DNA of 64,000 bases from Enoplolaimus lenunculus (GCA_030248215.1 JASANG010003930.1:372001-436000); one strand, 5' to 3'. Shown: positions 25,539 through 37,748, counted from the stretch's first letter. Notes: generated by a model not told the origin, from the letters alone. Translations and numbers: made by a program.

Positions 25539-26193
25539 ACAAAACCAGGAAACTATCACGATAAACATATAAAACCAAACACATGATTTGGCGTTGGTAT
25601 TCTAAATAAAATGTGAGATTATAAACGGGCCCGTAGCAACGAGTGGCCAGGGGGGCTCAGTACCCCTGGAAAACTTTCGGCACCCCCTTCAATTTTATAC
25701 TTTACTTACAAGTCATCACAGCCATTGAATGCCCCTCCTGGATATTTTTAGCCCCCTTCCCCCCAGAAATGTGAGTTGGCTACGGGCCTGAGTATAAATT
25801 ACAAAACCGCAAAATACATGCTCTATTACGCGGCAGCGGACCAATCTTTGTGGACGTAGAACTAGCTAACCCATTATGTGCATATTGTTGTGGGAGTACG
25901 CGGTGTAACCGGTGCATTTGCAGAGTGTGTAATGTTAAGACACATACATACTTGTGCACAAATAGCACCTGAGAAAAATATATTAGCCACGTAGTACCGA
26001 CATGAAGGTACCACTATGACGGGCGCTGTAAATTGCAGGCCCATAGAATCGGATGTCTGGATTCGCGGTCCGGGGGGACCGCCTAAAGAAAGGGAAATGA
26101 AAGTATATGCGGTGTAGCTGGTGTATGTGCAGAGTGTGCAATGTTAAGACACATACACGCTCGTGCACATATAGCACCAGAGGAAATTATATC

Positions 26194-26266
26194 GGCCGCG
26201 TGGTGTAATATGTAGCGCGCTTGGCTTGAGCGCAAGATGGCCGTGGTTCGATTCCCGGCGTGGTCA
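26194..26266 (+). pseudogene. tRNA-derived pseudogene or SINE head (loop CTTGAGC)
   Basis: Acceptor-like GGCCGCG/CGTGGTC, A-box TGGTGTAA, B-box GGTTCGATTCC; T-stem and anticodon stem imperfect. Confidence 0.65.
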
Positions 26267-26499
26267 TTAACTTTGGGCAAAACTTCAAATAGGGGTTGCG
26301 CAGACCGTTAGTACCAACATGGAGGTCCCACCGAGACGGAAACTACAAACAGCAAGCCCATGAATTCGGGTAGTTGGATTCAAGGTCCGAGACGAGCACC
26401 TGCAAAAAAGAGGGATGTCGGTATATGTGCACGTAAGTGTATGTAAAGCAAATGTTGCCATGCCTGTACACATATACCGGTATAAGAAGTTGCTACAAT

Positions 26500-26570
26500 G
26501 ACCGCGTAGTGTAGTTATAGCATGACTGGCTCCAGACAGGAGGGCCGCGGTTCGATTCCCGGCGTGGTCA
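26500..26570 (+). pseudogene. tRNA-Trp(CCA)-like pseudogene or SINE head
   Basis: GACCGCG/CGTGGTC acceptor stem, loop CTCCAGA as in eukaryotic tRNA-Trp, B-box GGTTCGATTCC; D-loop GG lost and T-stem bulged. Confidence 0.65.
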
Positions 26571-26995
26571 TTAACTTTGGGCAAAACTTCAAACAGGAGT
26601 CGTGCACACCGTTCAACAATTGTAATAACTTTTATGCACGCTTGCGCGGCATCTTACTTGCTGAACGGCCCAACAAGACGACAGGATTGTTTACTTTTAG
26701 CATACACTATATACAGTAGGTATTGCATATAAAATATATCAAAGCCCACGTCAACCAGCGTCTGATTCAATTGTGTTGTTAAAATTTTAAAAAACCGAAT
26801 GAATCTAAAAATTATACAATATCTGGCCCCGCCCAAGCCTATTTGGGGGCACGACCTAAACTGGGGGCACGGTACCCCAATGCCCTCATTGAGCAATTTT
26901 GTTATTTTCAAATCACGATAGCACGAAAGGAAAACGGTCATCCTCTGGAAAAGCAGCTTTTATTTGGTAGATCCACGGCCTCGAACACCCACGAG

Positions 26996-27112
26996 TATAG
27001 ATGGGCACCGGATATCCGGATGTCCGGATATGAAAAATATCCGGATATGTATCCGAAATGAAACGTGTATTCGGATATCCGGATATGAAAAAATATCCGA
27101 TGCCCATCACTA
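26996..27112. mobile_element. Short hAT-like MITE with CCGGATAT repeats
   Basis: Ends TATAGATGGGCA / TGCCCATCACTA; flanks CCCACGAG and CCCATAAG (decayed 8-bp TSD); partial copy at about 28680-28777. Confidence 0.7.
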
Positions 27113-27897
27113 CCCATAAGAGTATTTAGTCGAATTCGTCCGCAGTACTAGTTGATCGCACCGAAACAAAAACAGGTGAGCGTTAAAAACGAAAACCCCA
27201 GCACAATTTGAGACATTTGAGGGGCAGCAAGTTGCTGGCAATTACTTCCAACAATCAGGTCCAAATTTATTAGATCAACAATCTACTTAATCCGTTGTGA
27301 AATGCGTTATGGACCATGTCTTAGTGGCCGTCAAAAATTGCCCAGTTTCTTTAAAATTTGATTGGCGTGCAAAACAGCACTGTTTAACTTGAAATGAAGA
27401 GGTACAATGCAGAGTGTACTCCATCAGCATAACTTGTCCTTGGTTTACAGAACGAATGTCGGTATAGTAGTCACACTCTTTTTACAAAGCAGATGATTCA
27501 AAAGTAAACGAAGAAGGTACACATATATCCAACACATACACACAACATGGAGACATTTATGTAGTCCTTCCAAAGAGACTACGGGCAAAAACCAAAACAG
27601 TACATACAGTGAGTGTTGTGACAAATCTAACTGCCTTTTAGGGAGTCTTATAGAATTGTGTTGCGTCACGATTCATTCGTGAATACAAAAAATTTGATCC
27701 TAAATTTTCTCCTTTAAAATATCATATTTTTGAGAATGACCATATTTCTAAGAACCATTATAGCCAGCAAAGCAAAATTTTTACGCAGTAACGCCAAAAA
27801 TGTTGAGTATCACTTGAAGTTTCACTGCAATCGACTTTGTGTTTATTTACAGAAAAATCGATGCGCCAAAATTTGTAATCAAATTTTCAAAATTTCA

Positions 27898-28210
27898 GGT
27901 AGAGGTCCCTCTGAGATAAGCACAACAAACTGCAAGCCCATACATTCGGAGGTTGGATTCGCGCTCTTGGACGCCAGACTGTAAAAAAGGGATGTCAGTT
28001 GATCTGCACGGCATTAGTGTATGTAAAAAGAATAGATTGCCATAAATCTCCACGTATACATAAATATGAAGTTGTTGCAAAAGAGCACATGGTGTAGAAG
28101 CAGCATGCTTGACTCGACTGCAAGATAGCCAAGGTTCGATTTCCGACCTGGTCCTTAACTTTGTGCAAAAGAGGATTGTCAGTATATCTGCACGGTAATG
28201 TGTATAAAAA
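27898..28210 (+). repeat. Dispersed copy of the tRNA-containing 306-bp unit (tRNA-like at 28083-28154)
   Basis: GAGGTCCC..GCAAGCCCAT..TTGGATTC..CTGTAAAAAAGGGATGTC, then TGGTGTAG..GGTTCGATTTCC..GGTCCTTAACTTTGTGCAAAA. Confidence 0.7.
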
Positions 28211-28949
28211 CATGGGCGTAGCCAGGGTTTTTGTTTGGGGGACACACAAATCCTTTAAATATATAGTGTGTTAATCAATTTTCATCAGTTAGAATGTGTT
28301 GCAGGGTGCAAAACGGCGGAACTCGTTTTGAATCAGAATTCTAAAAGCCTAAGACAAGCTTAAGCTAAGCGCATGTAAAAAATATTCTTAATATTTAAGT
28401 CTTCTTTACTACGGTATTGAGAGAAACCGAGCTGCGGGGCACCACTAAAAGTAAAATGGGCTGATGCTTGTACGATTAAGCTTAAGTTTATTTGAATGTG
28501 GTTCTTTCATCTTGGAACCTAGAACGTCACATGTATATATAGTTCAAGGGAAAGCTGACATTCGATAGAATCTCAGTTACAGTAGCTTAAATCAGACGGA
28601 GACAAACCAAATCAACTCAATCTCAGGCGGCCAACGCAAGTATTTATTAGTCAGTTGCAATGTTCTAAACCAAAGTTTCGGTTATCCGGAATAGAAATTT
28701 AATTACGGATATCCGGAAAATATCCGTTAAAAATTGCCGGATATCGGGTTATGAAAGATTATCGATGCCCATCACTACCTAACATAGTAGTTGAAAGAAG
28801 TTGTTTCTTGCCTTCTTATATAAAAGATCACCCTTACCTGAAACAGGATAATGCAACGAATTGCCGTTATTTGTAAACAGTGACAATCAATGAAACTCAC
28901 AATACTGCGTGCGTTGGTATATAAGTAATATGTCTACGCTACGAAAAAT

Positions 28950-29345
28950 TCCCACCCCGGAAGGGGGAAAAATTGAACAAGACAAATCCTGGACAGACAA
29001 AGACAACACTGAATAAAAGAGACAGACCAGGAAGCTTAGAATAAAACAACACAAAAGGGGAAGAAAAAAACCCCCCAAGCAGAGAAAAATAAAACAAACA
29101 AAACAAAGCCTAAAACATCGGAGGGGGGGGGGGGGGGGAAAAATACGACCCCCTCCGCGGGGCGGGGGGGGCCACCAGGCCACGCCTTCCCCCGAACCAT
29201 AATATACCACACACCAGACACAACAACAAGAACACCAAAAGACCAAAGACAACACAACAGACACAAAGAAGACGACAAGATAAAGGAAAAAAATGAGAAA
29301 AAACAAAAAAAACACAAAAAAACAAAAAAAAAAAAAAAAAAACAA
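28950..29345. other. Low-complexity A-rich/poly-G tract, probably low-quality assembly
   Basis: Strong T depletion, long G run, ragged A/C runs ending in poly-A. Confidence 0.6.
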
Positions 29346-29524
29346 TTATACAACAGTTTTGATCAAAATACACGGTACGCAGTCAACATACACAACAACG
29401 CGTGATAAATGTCGGTTCAGTTAATAAGAAAACATCAACAACTATTGCGTGGGAGTGAAACGCACAGGGCATCCTAGTTTTAATTTTTTCAAAACTGAAT
29501 TTTTCCAAAATCATTGGAGGACCG

Positions 29525-29695
29525 TGTACATATACCGGAATAAGAAGTTGTTGCAAATGACCATAGGGTGTAGCGGTAGTATGCTTGACTCTAGTGCAGG
29601 AGAGCCAAGGTTCGATTCCCGGCGTGGTCCTTAACTTTGTGCAAAACTTTGAACATGGATCGTGCAGACCGTATATATAGTTCTAACATGGATAC
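29525..29695 (+). repeat. Dispersed copy of the tRNA-containing unit (tRNA-like at 29559-29630)
   Basis: CATATACCGGAATAAGAAGTTG leader as at 26471-26492; GGTTCGATTCCCGGCGTGGTC followed by TTAACTTTGTGCAAAACTT. Confidence 0.7.
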
Positions 29696-30764
29696 CTTTT
29701 GTCCTGTCGTATTCTAAAACACTTGTGCATATTTTCAACGGGGTGAACAATTACATTATCTGTTAAATAAGTAATAAATCACTGTTAATTGTTATACGAA
29801 CAATAGTATCATATTAAGACATTGACATAGCGAACCTTTCAACGTAATATAATCTTTCTACATTCATCTTATCATAAAACATGAGCCAACGTTGTTCTGA
29901 CTCAAAATTCATCAATTTTTTTGCGCAAAACCAAGCAGTTTATAGCAAATTACTCATGCTTTGAAAATCGCTTCGGAACAAAGTTTATACACCAACATCG
30001 TAACTTCATTTGTATAACGTACGGAGTTAAAGTTGTATTTATTCATTATTTCAAAAATTTTGGCCAAAAATCAAACAAGTTTGATTGACAGATTCGGCTC
30101 GGAGTTAAGGCTTGTAGCCTATCCATCAGAAAACTTATGAAAAAGCGTTACGGTGTTTACCTTACAAATTTTCACTTCTATGCCGTTCGTGCAATTTTGT
30201 TTATGACTGTTTCAGTACACCTAACCATATCGCTAGCGGCGATTTTTTTGCGTTACCTGTATATGGGACAAAATAGGGTATAAAATGAAAATGTAGGACA
30301 GTTGGCAGCTACGATTAAGGCTGTGGTAGATATAGGAGATCTAAGGATCGATATAAAACACCATTGAGATCGAAAAAAACTATACATTTGTTACTGAGAT
30401 TAAACACTAAAATGCTAGGTCCATCACTGTATCAACTTTATTTTCCTCCTGGTTTTTTGACATTTTTTATTCACAAAAAATAGTGTGTAGTATTTTATAC
30501 ATTTCACAAAAATACGACTTGCCTTTCGTTCACTTCACTTAGAGGTTTTATGTCAACTGTTGGTTGTCTACGCTTTATATGTTAAGGCTGAATACCTTTA
30601 AAACAAGTGTTTATATATCTAAAGCGATTTAGAGATCGGACATGCCACTGAGAACCGACACAAAACCAAATTTTGTATTGGTACCTATCAACGTCCGGCT
30701 TCTTTTGCTTCGTTTATATATCGCTATATATTGCGAACGCTTAATCAGAAATTTTTTGAATCCG

Positions 30765-32129
30765 CTACTGAAAAGGCCCTGTATCCCAGAAAAAATGTTC
30801 AAGCATGCTACGCCATCCTGGTTGTAAATGATCTTGAAAATGCCATATTCGAGCTCTAAACTTGATCAGCGTTTCCTCCGTATCGTAATACTTGCACCAA
30901 TCGTGAAGATTTAAACAGTCGCAACATATTATATCGAAAGGCGGCCTGTGAGTAGTTGTTTTACGCTGATCGTAATCATCTCCTGAACTGATTTCGGTAT
31001 CATATATGAATGTACCATTTGATGTTTTGTCAGTAACAGGACTCCTATCACCACTGATTTGTGACCGCAATGCTATGTTCTGTTTCTGCAGAAGGTACAC
31101 GCGTTCACGTAGCGCTTCACTCACTTCTCTCACGTTATACGGACAGCGAATCATGCATAGTTTTCTTAAGGACCGGCTACCGGCGCGAATTATCCTGGTA
31201 AAATCATTTGGACCATATCCAGCGTTGCGAAACCGTGTAAATATGCCTAATGACATCAACTGAGGGCACGCGGTGAACAAAGTTTCTACCCAATCGTTAG
31301 GACTATCTGCAATATCAGTCATGCTTAGCCCGATGCAAAGCGTTATTAAGTTTGGCAGGGCACTAAGACAACTTAGTTCTAAATTTTCCGTCGAGAACGC
31401 GAATAAACTCATGCGTTCTAATGATGTACATGACAAGTATAACTGTGGCAACCGGCTTGGTGTCAGCAATTGTGTTCCTGTTGTATAAATTGCTCGCAGT
31501 CGGGTACATTTAGAAACGTATGGTATAGCAAAATTAATTAAATATTGATCTTCGACTGATTTTTCAGAGCTACAGCTTGATGTAATTGAACTAATTCGAG
31601 TCAAATGTGGCATATGATCAATTGCTGACAGCAACCCTGCCACATGAAGCGTTAGTGTTTGTAAATTTAACGCTAATTTTGATATTGGCATGAAAAAATG
31701 ATAAATTAACGTATCACGGTATTGATGATGAGCGTAGATTTCGATTGACATTAGATTTGGATTTTGAGTTAAAATTTGTTCAAGTAATGACTTCGCTAAT
31801 ACTAAAGGAGCTCCAAGATAAATCGTAATTTTGAGCAAATTTGGAGCGCAACGTTTTGCCAATTGCATTGCGATTGAACAACAATGCGTTTGTTGCCGAC
31901 TGTTGCGAAGGTCAAACTTTAATTCATCGCTAATTGCTTTAAAGCTTAACTCAGTAAAATGAGACCAGTGACACGGATTGGAGTAAAATTCAGTTAAAGT
32001 TTGATTGCATAACGAAAGACGCTGAAGTGATACAACGGTCAAATATTGCGGTAGTAGATGCAGTATTTTAATGTCTTCGAATATATTTCTTTCCTTCAAA
32101 AGGGTTGATTTCCTCTTCAATTTGGGCAT
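30765..32129 (-). CDS. F-box/leucine-rich-repeat (FBXL-like) protein, 454 aa, single coding exon
   Basis: Long ATG ORF in AT-rich DNA. Degenerate F-box-like segment IFEDIKILHLLPQYL..SLQRLSLCNQ..SNPCHW, followed by repeated CxxLxxLxL-type units (CAPNLLKITI, NPNLMSIEI, ALNLQTLTL, CTRLRAIY, CTSLERMSL, LPNLITLCI, CPQLMSLGI, SRSLRKLCM). Confidence 0.7.
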   Translation of the reverse strand: MPKLKRKSTLLKERNIFEDIKILHLLPQYLTVVSLQRLSLCNQTLTEFYSNPCHWSHFTELSFKAISDELKFDLRNSRQQTHCCSIAMQLAKRCAPNLLKITIYLGAPLVLAKSLLEQILTQNPNLMSIEIYAHHQYRDTLIYHFFMPISKLALNLQTLTLHVAGLLSAIDHMPHLTRISSITSSCSSEKSVEDQYLINFAIPYVSKCTRLRAIYTTGTQLLTPSRLPQLYLSCTSLERMSLFAFSTENLELSCLSALPNLITLCIGLSMTDIADSPNDWVETLFTACPQLMSLGIFTRFRNAGYGPNDFTRIIRAGSRSLRKLCMIRCPYNVREVSEALRERVYLLQKQNIALRSQISGDRSPVTDKTSNGTFIYDTEISSGDDYDQRKTTTHRPPFDIICCDCLNLHDWCKYYDTEETLIKFRARIWHFQDHLQPGWRSMLEHFFWDTGPFQ

Positions 32130-33449
32130 TTTGTTTGTCGCATTTATTATTACATTTCATAAGTTAGCCGGCAATGGCAATCTTCTCACGTCAGGAGCGA
32201 ATTAATTAGTTATTGTTCACATTTATCGGTTGTCTCGTTTACTCATATCTAATTATTTTAACGCAGAAGCACAAGAAAGTCGACATATTGAAGTTTGGTT
32301 GAGTCAAAGTAAAACACGCGTTTAAGTTCAATTTAATTGTGACCAAAATTCAGAATTTGTTATTAATTATGGACTGATGCTTTCATAGCAAAGCTGATTA
32401 TCAGAAATCAAAACAAAACAGCTTGGCTACCTCTGGTTACTAAATTTTGTTGTGTAAATTTAGCCTGTAATGCGTAAAATCATGTTATAAAATGCAAACA
32501 TCAATTTTGTACTGCACTCTGCTTTGAAGTTTTAAAAATCAAGGCGGCTGGTTAACCTTTAAACACGGGGACTTAGTCAATTTGATGGTTTGTACAAGTT
32601 CATTAAGCGATAGTATATAAAATAATCCATAATGTGACGTTGTGGGGCGTAACAGTAACAACCATATTCCAAAGCCTAAAATCTTAGCGTAAGGATAAGC
32701 CTACAAGTAAGCTTTAATGCATAAAGCTAAGCAAAAAATTAGTCTAAAACTTAAGCGTACTTTATCAGTCGAAAAAATAATGGTTGGAACCTCAAAATAT
32801 TGGCCAAATGGTGCAAACTCGTGTTTCGACACTATTGTTTCTACAGACAGGAGACAATTGTGGACTATGTCTAAAAAGAACCGTTAAATATGCTACACGA
32901 ATTAAAGAATTTCTTTTTAATACCCTACGCCTAGTCGTAAGCCTGTGGCAAGGTTCACATATGCATAGCTCTAAATTTCCATGCAGGAAAGGGTTAACCA
33001 CAAAGTACTCGCTAAAGCAAGCAATTTTTTTAAAACTGTAAAACTTCAAAACACAAAATAATTCTCCCACCGGGCAAATTTGTACCTGAAATTGGCTCAA
33101 ATCATGTCTTGGCGCGTGCCTTAAGCTGCCCTATGTAAAAGTACAAACCTGTGTGTGTGTGTGCTTCCCGAATTTAGCAAAAAATACTCTGTTTGTAAAG
33201 CAGAAGTTTATACAAAGGCGTATATCATCATTCATTACAGGTGAAACTTGCAAAAATCACAAATGTAAACACACCTTAAAAATAGCTGTAATCGAAAAGT
33301 GTAATAGACGGATAACGCATAGTAAATGACAGTTATTATATGCACAATCTAACAGGCTTAGCAACTATCATTTCCCGCAAAACTTATTTTAATAGGTACG
33401 TTCAGACGCGTTACCACCGTGGAAGACTCGGAGCTCCGAGCCACACTTT

Positions 33450-34112
33450 TCGGGACTATTCGGTTACCCAATAGCCGGCGTTTGCCCAAAAAATGGATAG
33501 ATTTTGAAAATTTTTAGCATATTTGAGCTTCTCATGACCTTTCCTTATCACTCCACGTGCGAATTTGAATTTCTAAAGTTTGATTATTAAACTCTCAGTC
33601 CCCCCTTGGGCCGAAAGAAATTTTTGTCAAAAAGTTGGACAACCGATATTCCGTTAAGCACAGTTTGCGGGGATTTTTTCCGTTATCCCCCCAGCCAGTG
33701 TTTACCCCAAAATCGTTGGAGTTAAAAAACTTGCATATGTCAGTTTCTCATGACCTCCCCAGAGCATTTCTCGCCTAAATTTGAATTTTTGAAAAAAATT
33801 TTAAGTTCCCGACGTCCCCCTTGGAACCCAAAATATTTTCTGTGTGACAAATTATATACTGTTCTATGCAGCTTGCCGAGCTGAATGCAATGGTGTTAAA
33901 TTGTTTGCAATCAGACGACTGGTTAACTAATTGTAGATAAATAACTGATTTGGCGCCGACGCAAATTGTTGGTCGCGCGCCAAATCAGTTATTTAACATC
34001 TGGTTAACCAATGATAAGGAGAGGTCATGAAAAGCTCAAATACGCAAAAAATTTTCAAAATCGAACTGTTTTTGGGCAAACGGGGGCTGGGGAATAACGG
34101 AAAAGACCCGTT
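33450..34112. mobile_element. Foldback (palindromic) non-autonomous DNA element
   Basis: About 100-bp imperfect inverted arms (33450-33552 vs 34010-34112), internal hairpin AAATAACTGATTTGGCG..CGCCAAATCAGTTATTT, and a related copy at about 39505-39955. Confidence 0.65.
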
Positions 34113-35149
34113 ACCTGACGTCGTCGAAAGGTGTTAAACTTTTTGCGTCAGACGTCTGGGTAACGAGTTATGGTCAAACAACTGATTGCGAAGAATTTAA
34201 TACCATCCGACTCAGCTCTCCAAGTAGCGTCGGGATAAACCGAAAGGACTTTACTTTTTAGACTGGGCGCTGGGGTCCAACAACTATTTGAACCCACATT
34301 TTTCTGGTTGAAAAGTAATGCAAATTTCACAATGTCATGCGTACACCAGGTGACTTTTGAGGCGGTAGTGTGATGGACACTGAACTTTAACTGGTCGCAC
34401 CTTTTAGTGCGAACCAGTTAGGGTTCATTAAAGATGAACACCTGTAGAATGAAAACAACCTGGCATACGCAATATAGTTAACAGATATAATATTAAATTT
34501 TTTGTAGCATTAGGCGATGCTCCTGTACCCAGCGTAGTTTTAGAGTGCAAAGTTTTGAGCTGTACATGTGGTCAAGACGTGATTCAATGCGAGTGCGTTA
34601 GCGTTAGCACGAATGTTGCACGAGTTTTCTGCAAGTTGATTGCTCAAAACTTTATAGTTTCAACGATGCTCTATGTGCGGAATTCTAACCGTTTCTATGC
34701 CGCAAAAAGCGTGATATACTGTCTTGTAATTTGGCTTTTGCAACTCAGCAGCAGACGATATATACTACATTATCTGTCTGTTCCTTCTGAGCTATTCAGC
34801 ATGCATACAGAATCTTCAAAGTTCCAACGGTGATTGACGTATTAAGCATAAGTCTAAAAATAAGCGTACAAAAAGAGCTTTTATCTAATCCTAAGCGTAA
34901 GCAAATAATAGCCCAAAGCTTAAGTTTACTCCATTGCAGTCCCGAGAAAAAACGTTTCGCATCTGATCTTTTTATAAATAATTATGTTGTTTCGCAATAT
35001 CACAAATTTTGGGTTTGTGGTTTAGTTCTTTAAAGCTAAAACCAAAATTATGCTTAGAATTTGAAGTTTTTTTTAAATTACCAAAAGGGGTGGGTCCAAT
35101 TCTGAAATATTAATAAACTTGCTGTGACTTATCTATATCTGAATCCTTA

Positions 35150-35400
35150 AGCCCTATTCACAAGCACAAATTTTTGCTGCAAGAACTTGCATTTGCAACT
35201 GGCACTTTCAAGTTCGTCCAAGTCCCGTTGGAAAAATTTGCAGCTGCAAATTATTCATTAAGAATCATAACAAGAAATTTAAGTTCACATGTGTGAACAA
35301 ATTGTAGACGCTTTCGCATTGGCTGATTAAAAACGCAAGTTCTGCGTGCAATTTGCACTTGCAAGTTCTTGCAGCAAAACTTGTACGTGTGAATAGGGCT
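35150..35400. mobile_element. PIF/Harbinger-like (Tourist-type) MITE
   Basis: TIR AGCCCTATTCACA / TGTGAATAGGGCT extending into longer inverted arms; TTA on both sides; related sequence at about 62533-62840. Confidence 0.8.
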
Positions 35401-37748
35401 TTATTTGTAGTACTTAAATTTTCATTCCCTAAAACTACTTTTTCCACGCTATTTTGCAGTATAACAGTTGGACACGCATGAGTCAGTTCGTCGACCGATC
35501 CGGTATATTACACGAAATCCAAACTGAGGTCATGTTAATACATACAGCGTTTATGGCGCGTATCACACATTTTCATGTAAACCTTTCGCAACATTTCCAC
35601 AAACCGGAATTAATCTTTTCCGCCTGTATGTATTTTGGCAGTCTTTGCTTTGTGTTTTATAGTAGTAATTGGCCGATTCGATTTTAATATTTATTCGTCG
35701 AAAAGGTATTCTACAAGGCTTGGATTTTAAAGATTCTAAGTTCCATGTTTGTTTGAAGATCATATTGATCTTTTCTTATAACGTTTTCAATTCTCTTAAC
35801 AGGCAGTTTCAGAATGTTGGATTGGAGTATGTAGAGGGAGCTTTTGAACAAAATGTATAATAAACGCCAGTCCGACACTATAAGCAATATTTTTTAATTT
35901 ATATACTTATCTGTATAAAATTACAAATAAAAAATCACGGTGAATAATTTATTATTTAAAATTGTAAGCGGTATACGACAAAGTCTTTTCTTTTAGGGTA
36001 GATATTCAATTAAAATGTTAACGCCATCAAGACATAAAATATTTAATACCACGTATTTTAACAATGACAGTATGTACTTTGAATTTGAAAGAAAGCGCAT
36101 TTGATTTTTACTTCACAGGCAGTCGATAAATTAGATTTTTCGAAATGGAGAATTAAAATAACAATTGACACTCGCGCCCTGTTGTATTGACATTCTAATC
36201 AATTTGGCACCAACAGATGCAGCTGACAATTTTTAATTGCGATTCGATGCACAGTTTAAGCTTTCTGGCCGTGGTGTGAACAAGTTCCTGGTTTATTGAT
36301 TTTCAAATTAAAGTTAAAAAATCTACACAGACACGCATGTTTACTAATAACACATCTATTGGATTTTTAGACAGACGAATACTATCAAATAGGAATTTTT
36401 AATCATTGTTTTTTGCGCTGAACCGGTGTTGCGTTCTGCAACTATTCTACAGCTTCAGAACTTTTCATACGGTTTCTAGTTAAAGTCGCTGTATATGTCA
36501 TGTAACGTTTAATCGTGAGCCATCAGAGGGGACTCTTAAGTGATATCACTGAGATCTTTATACGACTAAATGTTATTGAATTGTTCTATTAACAAAGGAC
36601 TCTGATATAAAAATTAGTCATTAAAGGTTCATTGGGTAAAGCTAGGCTTTAAAGATAGCTCGCAATAAGAAGCGGCTTAGACGTTTTTTGATACAGAAGA
36701 TCTATTCTTATAGGTAGTAGAAAGTGAGTTCGCAAGGGCGCCTACTTAAAAGTCATTACATTACAATAAATTTGTTGAAATATTCAAAGAGAAGTCGTTT
36801 TTCTGACACCTCGTATATGCTATATAGACATGTTCTTCCGAGTTCAGTACGACATGATGTGTTCCTTACGTACGGAAGCCAGGTTTGTTCGCAACCGTTC
36901 GTGATTAACAGATGCCTAACGATTCCCATTTGTAACCCCAATGCAAAATTTTGCTGTCGTCCATTGAACAGTTTAACTTCTTAAGCTCTAGCAATAATTT
37001 TAGGAGACATTAAGGGTTGCGCTATACTTTTGCTTACATGGGGCTCCGTGCGTTACACGTAAGCCGCCGTCCGTCACGTGCGGTATCGTACGCAAATAAC
37101 TCACATACGATAACATATGGTGACGGACGGCACCGTACGCGTGACGCACGGAGTCGGACGGCGCCGGACGTCATGTATTGCGCAATCCTAATGAAACATA
37201 GCCCATTTTTTCACTGTCAGTAAGGAACGAGACCAATTATCCACACTAACATTCAGTTCCTCAATTTTCTAGTAGTAGAGGATAGTTTTTTTGTGTTCAG
37301 AAACTGCACCGATTTAAAGTGCGTTTTTAGCTGATGTTTTGATGTTTTCTACAAGTTTCAGACGAATGATTTGCATAGCAACGGTATATTTTGCGCTACA
37401 GTGCTGGCGGGGTGGGCACGTCCACCGTGGATCAGCCACTTTTTCCTGTAAACTTGGTTGCAATGTAAAGGTTAATATACGTTTCACAAGCATTTTTTCG
37501 TCTGTATTTAGATATATTCGTGCGGAGTGCGTATAAAATGGTGATTGGTGAGTAAATGTTTTTGGACACACTACCATAGATGATGCAACTTGAATTTGAC
37601 GCTTTGAAGACATATTTAAGCCATTCTTGTCATGTAATTTAAGTAAGATTTAATTCCGAGTATGAAACGACTGCGAATCTGAGACAAGTCATGTTTCATT
37701 CTTGCTGGGACATTCACGACTCAAATAGTCATTTCAACATCGCTATAA

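Larger units (their letters stand above)
25894..26613 (+). repeat. Tandem array of a roughly 306-bp unit containing a tRNA-like segment and a possible 5S-like segment
   Basis: tRNA-like segments start at 26194 and 26500, each ending GGTTCGATTCCCGGCGTGGTCA followed by TTAACTTTGGGCAAAACTTCAAA; 25894-25995 repeats 26101-26200. Confidence 0.75.

Noticed and set aside
28887..29373. Phe/Pro-rich ORFs
   Set aside because: Products of low-complexity sequence open in several frames.
29559..29630. Functional amber-suppressor tRNA
   Set aside because: Acceptor, anticodon and T stems contain mismatches, and it is one of several degenerate repeat copies.
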